Of a DNA stretch of 64,000 bases, positions 18,532 to 25,968 are shown piece by piece. The position numbers and the translations under genes were made by a program. Under the pieces are notes generated by a model that saw only the letters and a list, made by a program, of their open reading frames with translations, did not search any database and was not told where the DNA came from. The stretch lies in contig JAXDZY010000028.1 of assembly GCA_034086685.1 (NCBI GenBank), positions 2,057 through 66,056 on the forward strand, given 5' to 3'. Position 1 is the first letter of the stretch, and every line of letters begins with the position of its first letter. The stretch is from Lachnospiraceae bacterium (GTDB lineage Bacteria > Bacillota > Clostridia > Lachnospirales > Lachnospiraceae).

Positions 18532-18786
18532 AAAAAACCGCCTCAGGCTGTCTGCCTGAGACGGTAAATATCAAATCATAAACCGCGGGACCACTCACTT
18601 TGACGTAATTGTCCACTCATTCCATGCACCATCATGCATGCCGGCTGGATAACGGGTCCGGTTCCCGGCTTAACGCCCTCGAAAGTCCATTCAGACCTAT
18701 CCATCCGTACCGCAATCTCAGCACCTGCGGCTCTCTGTGATTTCTGTGATAAGCTTACTTGCTCTTTCTCATCGGTTTATCAATCT
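18532..18786 (-). promoter_or_regulatory. T-box riboswitch leader, specifier UGG (Trp)
   Basis: Minus-strand elements, in order:
- GA/K-turn GATGAGA.
- AGTA S-turn.
- AGAGAG bulge.
- Distal loop GGTGCTGAGA.
- Specifier context GAA-TGG-A (codon at 18687..18689).
- T-box sequence AGTGAGTGGTCCCGCGG (18583..18599).
- Terminator stem 18538..18564 plus U6. Confidence 0.85.
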
Positions 18787-18792
18787 GACAAT

Positions 18793-18821
18793 AAAATAAT
18801 ACAGAAAAAGTGATTTGTCAA
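18793..18821 (-). promoter_or_regulatory. promoter of the T-box/ABC operon
   Basis: TTGACA (18821..18816), 17-nt spacer, TATTTT (18798..18793). Confidence 0.55.
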
Positions 18822-18834
18822 GCACTTTTTGCTG

Positions 18835-20028
18835 TCATTTTACGCAATAGCTGCAGGGCGTATACCCTTTTTTCTCCAGTGCGGATTTTGACAGTGTTGT
18901 TGTTTCACAGTTGTCTGCTCCTTCTTCCGGTGCATAGCGGCAGTCCGCTTTATGGAATTTACCGGTGTTTGTGTTGATGTAATATGTGATTTTCTTTGAA
19001 GATTTTTTGCTGCCGGATGAGGATTCCGATACATTCCGGTCATCCGGGTCAGTGGCCTGAGATGCACTTCCCGGTTCGCCTGCTTTCCAGGACTCACTGG
19101 GCGACATGTTCCATGTGATGTTCTTTCCGTCACTTTTCAACACAATGGTACCCTGTTCATCTGTTCTGAAAACCTTTACCCCCATGGAGCGCAGACGGTT
19201 GAGCACTTCAGCATGGGGATGCCCGTAGCTGTTGCCTTCACCTGCACTGATCACCACATATTCCGGAGAAACTTCTTCCATAAATTCTTCCGTGCTGGCT
19301 GTCTTGCTGCCGTGATGAGCTGCTTTATAAACATCTGCCTTCAGCGAAATGCCATTTTCCAGCATGTCTGCTTCGGAATCCTCTTCTGCGTCCCCGGTTA
19401 ATAAAAATTTCTTATCTCCATGAGTCAGTATCAGACCGATGGAATAGTCATTGGCCTGACCTGCGTATGTATCATTGGGAGCCACAATGGTAAATTCCGC
19501 TCCTCCCAGCTTCCAGGTGGAACCCACTTTCGGCTGCTGCCGTTTCAGATTTTTATTTTTAATTACCTGAACCACATCATCATATGTTTTCGTATCTTTG
19601 GAATAATCGGGCATAAACACATGCTTTGCACCGAATTTGTACAGAATGACATCCAGTCCTCCTATGTGGTCCGAATCGGGATGCGTACCGATTACATAAT
19701 CAAATCCCGTAATCCCCTTGCTTTCCAGATAGGACTGAATCTCTGTTCCCTGATCATTTTTTCCCGCATCAATCAGCATGGAGTGCCCGTCACAGGTAAT
19801 CAGAGTGCAGTCTCCCTGCCCCACATCCAGAAAATGCATCTCCAGCGTACTGTTTTCTGCGCTGCCTTCCCCTCCGGAAACCGCATTTGTACTGTCCGGT
19901 CCGCTGCGGATCACGATTTCAACGTCTCCGCAGCCGCTGCAGAAGATCATCATCACAAATACAAGCAGAACGCAAAGCAGCCGCTTTATTCCCTTTATCC
20001 GACAATTTTTTTTCAACATAATTTTCAC
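18835..20028 (-). CDS. secreted ComEC/Rec2-related MBL-fold hydrolase lipoprotein with C-terminal Cys-rich tail
   Basis: 397 aa. Lipobox FCSGCG. MHFLDVGQGDCTLITCDGHSMLIDAG and GTHPDSDHIGG are MBL motifs. The tail is KFHKADCRY...GYTPCSYCVK. Confidence 0.8.
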   Translation of the reverse strand: MKIMLKKNCRIKGIKRLLCVLLVFVMMIFCSGCGDVEIVIRSGPDSTNAVSGGEGSAENSTLEMHFLDVGQGDCTLITCDGHSMLIDAGKNDQGTEIQSYLESKGITGFDYVIGTHPDSDHIGGLDVILYKFGAKHVFMPDYSKDTKTYDDVVQVIKNKNLKRQQPKVGSTWKLGGAEFTIVAPNDTYAGQANDYSIGLILTHGDKKFLLTGDAEEDSEADMLENGISLKADVYKAAHHGSKTASTEEFMEEVSPEYVVISAGEGNSYGHPHAEVLNRLRSMGVKVFRTDEQGTIVLKSDGKNITWNMSPSESWKAGEPGSASQATDPDDRNVSESSSGSKKSSKKITYYINTNTGKFHKADCRYAPEEGADNCETTTLSKSALEKKGYTPCSYCVK

Positions 20029-20219
20029 CAGCCTTTTTCAGAGTATTTCTATTATATTGAATAAAACTGATTATGACAAGCCTGTAAATCTGTTTCTTCA
20101 GCTTCCATCCTTTCTGTCTATAAATAGCCTTTCTTTTCTGTGTTTTTCAATTTGATTTCCTGCTGTCATTCTGTTATGCTTAAATGTATGAAATCTTCAA
20201 TAGATAAAGGAGTCTTTTT

Positions 20220-21263
20220 ATGGAAACTGAAGTAAAACTGACAAAACTGGCTCAGTGTGCCGGCTGCGGTGCCAAAGTTGGAGCCGGAACTCTGGCAAAA
20301 CTGCTGGCTGATTTTCCCACAAGATTCGATGAGCGGCTGATCGTGGGATTTGATAAAAGTGACGATGCTTCCGTTTATGTAATCACGGAAGATACAGCTC
20401 TGGTGCAGACCATTGATTTTTTCCCGCCGATCGTGGATGATCCTTATATGTTCGGACAGATTGCAGCCACCAATGCCCTGAGTGATGTGTACGCCATGGG
20501 CGGACAGCCGAAGCTGGCACTCAATGTCATGTGTGTAACGGCTGATATGGATAAGGCAGCTACTCAGGAGATCCTGCGCGGCGGCTATGAGAAAGCCTAT
20601 GAGGCGGACACCATCATTACCGGCGGTCATACCATCGAAAACACGCAGCCTCTGTACGGACTTTCCGTATCCGGTTTTGTGCATCCCAAAAAGGTTCTGA
20701 CCAATTCCGGTGCTCACCCCGGTGATGTACTGATTCTGACCAAGCCTCTGGGTGTAGGAATTCTGACCACAGCTGCCAAGGCTGATATGATTGACAATCC
20801 TGCACTGATGAACCGGATTTATGCACAGATGGCCACTCTGAATAAAGCAGCCCGTGACCTGATGGTAAAATATGAGGTACACAGCTGTACCGATGTGACC
20901 GGATTCGGTCTCATGGGACACAGTTTCGAGATGGCCCAGGGCAGCGATGCCACCATCCACTATAATGTATCTTCCATCCCCTATCACAAAGAAGCCTTTG
21001 AGATGGCAGAAATGGGAATGATTCCCGCCGGTGCGTACCGCAACCGTCATTTTGCAGAAGCCGGAGTAACTGCTGATCCATCCATTCCTCTGGCCATGCA
21101 GGATATTTTATATGATCCTCAGACCTCCGGCGGCCTGCTCATCGCAGTAAAGGAAGAAGATGGACAGAAACTGATCCGGGAACTGAAGGACAGCATCCCC
21201 TGTGCCGAAATCATCGGCTATGTAACAGAAAAGCAGGACAATTCCATCCTGCTTCATCCGTAG
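20220..21263 (+). CDS. selD: selenide, water dikinase (selenophosphate synthetase), Cys-type
   Basis: 347 aa. N-terminal LAQCAGCGAKVG glycine-rich loop with Cys rather than Sec. An AIR-synthase-like fold pattern follows. RBS AAAGGAG. Confidence 0.9.
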   Translation: METEVKLTKLAQCAGCGAKVGAGTLAKLLADFPTRFDERLIVGFDKSDDASVYVITEDTALVQTIDFFPPIVDDPYMFGQIAATNALSDVYAMGGQPKLALNVMCVTADMDKAATQEILRGGYEKAYEADTIITGGHTIENTQPLYGLSVSGFVHPKKVLTNSGAHPGDVLILTKPLGVGILTTAAKADMIDNPALMNRIYAQMATLNKAARDLMVKYEVHSCTDVTGFGLMGHSFEMAQGSDATIHYNVSSIPYHKEAFEMAEMGMIPAGAYRNRHFAEAGVTADPSIPLAMQDILYDPQTSGGLLIAVKEEDGQKLIRELKDSIPCAEIIGYVTEKQDNSILLHP

Positions 21264-21307
21264 ATTCCCATTGACGGTTACACCGGTATTTTTGCGGCAG
21301 CAGTATT

Positions 21308-22486
21308 TTACTGCAGCAGCAATTCCTGCAAGGCCCTGGCTGCTTCTTCCACATCTTCCATGGTGTTGGTATGTCCAAATGAAAAACGAATGGTTCCTGT
21401 GGGATAAGTTTCCAGGGTTTTGTGCGCACTGGGCGCACAATGGAGGCCCACACGGGTCATGATTGCATACCTGGAATCCAGTTCAAAAGCCACCCTGGCC
21501 GGATCCTGCTTTAAGGGCAGAATAGATACCACTGCCGTCCTGTTTTCCGTATTCCGTTTTCCCACAATTCTGAACGGTCTGATTCCATCCCGCTGATGCG
21601 CATTTTCCATTTCCTGCAGCTGCTGCAGAAATGCCTCCGTCAGCCTCAGCTCTTTTTCATATATGGATCGTATTCCGGTTTTTTCCAGATAATCCAGCGC
21701 CGCATGAAGGCCGGCAATTCCCGGAAGATTGGGAGTCCCTGCCTCAAATCGATCCGGCATAAAAGACGGGATCTCCTCTGTATGTGAAATACTGCCGGTT
21801 CCCCCTGAAAGAAGCGGTGTCATGGAGGATACCATTTCCTCCGTACACAAAAATCCGCCTGTTCCCTGCGGTCCAAGAAGCCCCTTATGTCCTGTAAATG
21901 CCAGAGCATCCACTCCCAGCTTCTCCATATCCACAGGCAGTACTCCTGCTGTCTGCGCTGTATCCAGAATGAATTTAAGACCATGCTCTCTGCAGAAGCT
22001 CCCCACCTGTTCTGCCGGCATTACCGTACCGCAGACATTGGATGCATGCAGCATGATCACTGCCCTGGTCTGAGGCTTCAGCAGCTTTTCCATCTCCCCT
22101 GCAAGCAGTTCCCCCTCTATCGAGCAGGGAATCCGGTCAAAGCAGACTCCCTGCTGCTTTAGCTGACGCAAAGGCCTCATAACAGCATTGTGTTCCATGG
22201 AAGAAACCAGAACATGATCACCGGGATTTAAAAAGCCTTTCAGAATCATATTCAGACTGGTGGTAATATTCGGCGTAAAAATCACATTTTCACACCGGTC
22301 AAAATGAAACAGGCGGCACAGCTGTTCTCTGGTCTCCAGTACCATGTCCTCTGCCGTATAGGCATCCTCATAACCACCCCGATTAATATTGGTACCATTT
22401 TCCGTCATATACCGGTACACGGCCTCCGGTACCTGCGTTGGTTTCGGAAATGTCGTACTTGCCTGATCAAGATAAATTTTTCTCAT
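21308..22486 (-). CDS. class V aminotransferase-fold cysteine desulfurase / selenocysteine lyase-like
   Basis: Start at [16 protein letters not shown] (ATG 22486, RBS AGGAA). [12 protein letters not shown] carries the PLP lysine and [11 protein letters not shown] the active-site Cys loop. Confidence 0.85.
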   Translation of the reverse strand: MRKIYLDQASTTFPKPTQVPEAVYRYMTENGTNINRGGYEDAYTAEDMVLETREQLCRLFHFDRCENVIFTPNITTSLNMILKGFLNPGDHVLVSSMEHNAVMRPLRQLKQQGVCFDRIPCSIEGELLAGEMEKLLKPQTRAVIMLHASNVCGTVMPAEQVGSFCREHGLKFILDTAQTAGVLPVDMEKLGVDALAFTGHKGLLGPQGTGGFLCTEEMVSSMTPLLSGGTGSISHTEEIPSFMPDRFEAGTPNLPGIAGLHAALDYLEKTGIRSIYEKELRLTEAFLQQLQEMENAHQRDGIRPFRIVGKRNTENRTAVVSILPLKQDPARVAFELDSRYAIMTRVGLHCAPSAHKTLETYPTGTIRFSFGHTNTMEDVEEAARALQELLLQ

Positions 22487-22743
22487 GTAAAATTCCTCAT
22501 TTCTCTTAAGAGTCCATCTGAAAATCATCTTATCACAACCGGCTTCATCATGCAAATCGTACAGGATTATTTTGTTTTTTCTCAGTTTATTTATCAGTTT
22601 TATCTATATATCCGCCTTTTTTCAGCAGGAAATCAATTGGAAGATTTTGCTTATCCATGTTATCATTCTTTTAACTGCAGGGGATTTTCTCAGTTTTTTA
22701 CAGTCTCCCGTCCCCTGTAAAAAAAGAAAGGATCTACAAACAT

Positions 22744-23823
22744 ATGAAAAATGAAAAAACTTTCATCACTGTGGCCGGCGTAATTATCGGCCTGATTGCA
22801 GCTGCGCTGGTTTATTTCGGAAACCCTGCCAACATGGGCTTCTGCATCGCATGCTTCCTGCGTGATACCTCCGGTGCGCTGGGGCTCCACTCTGCTGCAG
22901 CTGTTCAGTATATCCGCCCCGAAATCATCGGCCTGGTACTGGGTTCCTGCATCATCGCTCTTGCAACAAAAGAATTTGCTCCCCGCGGAGGCTCCGCCCC
23001 TGTCACCCGTTTTATTCTGGGATTTTTTGTCATGGTCGGCTGCCTGATGTTCCTTGGCTGCCCGTTCCGGATGATTTTGCGTCTGGCAGGCGGCGACCTG
23101 AACGCATTATTCGGTATTATCGGCTTTGCTGCAGGTATCGCTGCAGGTGTATTTTTCCTGAACAGAGGCTATACACTGAAGAGAAGCTACAAAATGCAGA
23201 AACTGGAGGGATTCGTATTCCCCACGATCCAGATCGCATTTCTGATTCTGCTGGTGGCTGCACCTGCTTTTATTCATTTTACTGAAGCTGACGGAGGTCC
23301 CGGTGCCAAACATGCAGCAATTGCCATTTCCCTGGCTGCAGGTATCATTGTCGGCATTCTGGCTCAGCGTACCCGTCTCTGTATGGTAGGCGGCATCCGT
23401 GATGCCATTCTCTTCCATGAGACAAAACTTCTGTTCGGTTTCATTGCAATTCTGGTCAGCGCATGCATCGGCAATATCATTCTCGGCGCTGTAACAGGCA
23501 ATACTTATTTTACACTGGGTATGGCCGGCCAGCCTATTGCCCATACCGATGCTCTCTGGAATGCTCTCGGCATGCTGCTGGCAGGATTCGGCTGCGTACT
23601 TCTGGGCGGATGTCCTTTAAGACAGCTGATTCTGGCAGGTGAAGGCAATACCGACTCCGTTATGGCTGTGATCGGTCTGATGGTGGGCGCTGCTTTCTGC
23701 CATAACTTCGGACTGGCATCTTCAGGAGAAGGTCCCACTGCCAACGGTAAAATCGCTGTTATTATCGGTATCGTTGTTGTTACTGTCATTGCAGTCATCA
23801 ACTCCAGCCGAAAAGAAGCCTGA
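22744..23823 (+). CDS. yedE: YedE/FdhT-family selenium metabolism membrane protein
   Basis: 359 aa polytopic protein. NMGFCIACFLRD and GGCPLRQL motifs are typical of YedE. Adjacent to yedF and selD. Confidence 0.8.
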   Translation: MKNEKTFITVAGVIIGLIAAALVYFGNPANMGFCIACFLRDTSGALGLHSAAAVQYIRPEIIGLVLGSCIIALATKEFAPRGGSAPVTRFILGFFVMVGCLMFLGCPFRMILRLAGGDLNALFGIIGFAAGIAAGVFFLNRGYTLKRSYKMQKLEGFVFPTIQIAFLILLVAAPAFIHFTEADGGPGAKHAAIAISLAAGIIVGILAQRTRLCMVGGIRDAILFHETKLLFGFIAILVSACIGNIILGAVTGNTYFTLGMAGQPIAHTDALWNALGMLLAGFGCVLLGGCPLRQLILAGEGNTDSVMAVIGLMVGAAFCHNFGLASSGEGPTANGKIAVIIGIVVVTVIAVINSSRKEA

Positions 23824-23844
23824 TAAAATCTAGGAGGATTAAAA

Positions 23845-24051
23845 ATGAAGACAGTAGACGCAAGAGGATTATCCTGTCCCGAACCGGTTATCATGACAAA
23901 AAAGGCTCTGGCATCAAAAGACAGCAGCTATGAAGTTCTGGTGGACAACGTAACCGCCAGAGAAAACGTAACCCGTTTTGCAGCACATCAGGGTTATCAG
24001 GTATCAGTCACTGAACAGGGTGATGATTATCTTCTTACTCTGACAAAATAA
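23845..24051 (+). CDS. yedF: TusA/SirA-like sulfur/selenium carrier (YedF-like)
   Basis: 68 aa. DARGLSCPEPVIMTKKAL is the CPxP motif of the TusA family. RBS AGGAGG. Confidence 0.85.
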   Translation: MKTVDARGLSCPEPVIMTKKALASKDSSYEVLVDNVTARENVTRFAAHQGYQVSVTEQGDDYLLTLTK

Positions 24052-24053
24052 TC

Positions 24054-24305
24054 ATGAACGAATATATTGCTACCTTTTTTTCACATTTCGGTGCTGCGCG
24101 TTTCAAAAAAAACTGCACCCGGCAGGGATATCCTGCCCAGGTCATGCCCGTTCCCAGAAGTCTCAGTTCTTCCTGCGGAACCTGCGTAAAATACCGCACA
24201 CCGGACGACCCTGTACCCGGTGAACACTTACAGGAAATCGAACAGATTGTGCGAATCACCGGTGATGATCAGTATGAGACAGTCTATAAGGCAGAAAATA
24301 TCTGA
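24054..24305 (+). CDS. DUF3343-like small protein (putative Se/S carrier partner)
   Basis: 83 aa. Pattern ...VMPVPRSLSSSCGTCVKY... resembles DUF3343 proteins that travel with yedE/yedF. Weak RBS. Confidence 0.6.
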   Translation: MNEYIATFFSHFGAARFKKNCTRQGYPAQVMPVPRSLSSSCGTCVKYRTPDDPVPGEHLQEIEQIVRITGDDQYETVYKAENI

Positions 24306-24321
24306 TCCGCTTCAATACTGA

Positions 24322-24385
24322 AAAAGCCCCGCGGCTGCTTTTTTGTGTATCTCAAAACACACAGGAAAACAGTCACGGGGCTTTT
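24322..24385. terminator. long imperfect hairpin, probable bidirectional terminator between convergent genes
   Basis: Outer stem AAAAGCCCC (24322..24330) / GGGGCTTTT (24377..24385) plus an inner imperfect stem. T-rich on both exits. Confidence 0.5.
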
Positions 24386-24397
24386 GAATTTTTATAA

Positions 24398-25882
24398 TTA
24401 CAGATGGAACAGCCGATTATTCTGATACTTGGGTTCACAGGTCATATTGATGTGAAGTCTTCGGAAAATATCCTGATCCACCGGTGAAAGAATGACGGAA
24501 CAATGAGCGTCACAATCCTTCAGCATGGGAAGACAGGACAAAGCCTTTCTTGCATTCTCATCATCTGCTGCGCTGACCGAAAGAGCCACAAGAACCTCAT
24601 CTGTATGAAGACGCGGATTCTGATTGCCCAGATACTGCACCTTCAGATTCTGTACCGGCTTGATTACCGCAGACGCCAGCAGGTGGATCTCATCCGGAAT
24701 TCCCGCCAGCTCTTTTAATGCATTCAGAAGCATGGCGGAAGCAGCTCCCAGCAGTTCCTGGTTTTTGCCTGAGATGATTTTTCCGTCCGGCAGTTCAATG
24801 GCTGCCACCGGCTCACCGGTGACCATCTCTTTTTCTCTGGCCGTTCTGGCCACAATACGATCATCAACAGTCAGTCCCTCGTGATTCATCAAAAGCTTCA
24901 GCTTACTGATTTCCCCGGTTTTCTCGGCTCCTTTCTTCTGATCACACAGAGCGGTGTAGTAACGCCGCAGGATCTCCTGTCGTGAGGCTTCTTTCACCGC
25001 CTCATCATCAAAAATACAGTTTCCGGCCATATTCACCCCCATATCAGTAGGTGATTTGTAAGGGGAGGAACCGTATATTTTATGGAAAATTGCCTGCAGA
25101 ACAGGGAAAATCTCCACATCACGGTTGTAATTTACAGCAATCTCTCCATATGCCTCCAGATGGAAAGGATCGATCATATTCACATCATTCAGATCCGCCG
25201 TGGCAGCCTCATAAGCCAGATTCACCGGATGCTTCAGAGGAATATTCCAGATGGGAAAAGTTTCAAACTTGGCATATCCGGCCTTGATCCCCCTCTGATG
25301 CTCATGATACAGCTGAGACAGACAGACCGCCATCTTCCCGCTTCCGGGGCCGGGAGCAGTCACCACCACCAGTGAACGGCTGGTCTTTACATAATCATTT
25401 TTTCCGTATCCATCTTCACTGACAATCAGGGGAACATTGGAAGGATATCCCTCGATCAGATAATGCCGGTAAGCCCGGATTCCCAGATTCTCCAGCCTGC
25501 GGATAAAAGCATCCGCCGTCTGCTGCCCGTCATACTGGGTGATGACCACACTGCTTACATACAGACCCACGCTTTCGAACAGATCGATCAGACGCAGAAC
25601 TTCCATGTCATAGGTGATGCCGATATCTCCGCGGCGCTTATTGCTGTCAATGGCTCCTGCGCTGACAGCAATCACGATCTCCGCCTGTTCTTTCAGTTTC
25701 AGAAGCATCTTCAGCTTGCTGTCCGGCATAAAGCCGGGAAGAACACGTGAAGCATGATAATCATCAAACAATTTACCGCCGAATTCCATGTACAGTTTGC
25801 CGCCGAACTGGGCAATTCTGCTGCGAATATGCTCTGACTGCATGTCCAGGTATTTTCCATTATCAAAACCTGTTTTTTTCAT
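24398..25882 (-). CDS. UPF0371/DUF1846 family protein
   Basis: 494 aa. N-terminus GFDNGKYLDMQSEHIRSRI...LYMEFGGKLFDDYHASRVLPGF is characteristic of this conserved family of unknown function. Confidence 0.8.
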   Translation of the reverse strand: MKKTGFDNGKYLDMQSEHIRSRIAQFGGKLYMEFGGKLFDDYHASRVLPGFMPDSKLKMLLKLKEQAEIVIAVSAGAIDSNKRRGDIGITYDMEVLRLIDLFESVGLYVSSVVITQYDGQQTADAFIRRLENLGIRAYRHYLIEGYPSNVPLIVSEDGYGKNDYVKTSRSLVVVTAPGPGSGKMAVCLSQLYHEHQRGIKAGYAKFETFPIWNIPLKHPVNLAYEAATADLNDVNMIDPFHLEAYGEIAVNYNRDVEIFPVLQAIFHKIYGSSPYKSPTDMGVNMAGNCIFDDEAVKEASRQEILRRYYTALCDQKKGAEKTGEISKLKLLMNHEGLTVDDRIVARTAREKEMVTGEPVAAIELPDGKIISGKNQELLGAASAMLLNALKELAGIPDEIHLLASAVIKPVQNLKVQYLGNQNPRLHTDEVLVALSVSAADDENARKALSCLPMLKDCDAHCSVILSPVDQDIFRRLHINMTCEPKYQNNRLFHL

Positions 25883-25968
25883 TTACTTTCTCCTCCATTA
25901 TACCTGTATCATATAATGTGATATTGTACCATGCAGACCATATCCAATGCAATCACAAAAATTCCAGC

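Noticed and set aside
20166-21050. 294-aa ORF antisense to selD
   Set aside because: It is a shadow ORF. The plus frame has unmistakable SelD motifs, whereas the antisense product is low-complexity (G/I/H/Q-rich) with no RBS and no recognisable family.
20220-21263. Selenocysteine (UGA) codon in selD or neighbouring genes
   Set aside because: The selD frame is uninterrupted and has Cys at the active-site loop (CAGCGAK). No in-frame TGA read-through candidates with downstream hairpins were seen in the cluster.
22640-22740. Possible riboswitch or structured leader upstream of yedE (CAGGGG ... CCCCTG stem followed by an A-run)
   Set aside because: It has only a 6-bp stem with a loop of about 30 nt. 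It resembles no riboswitch class I know and has no terminator-like U-tract on the sense strand.
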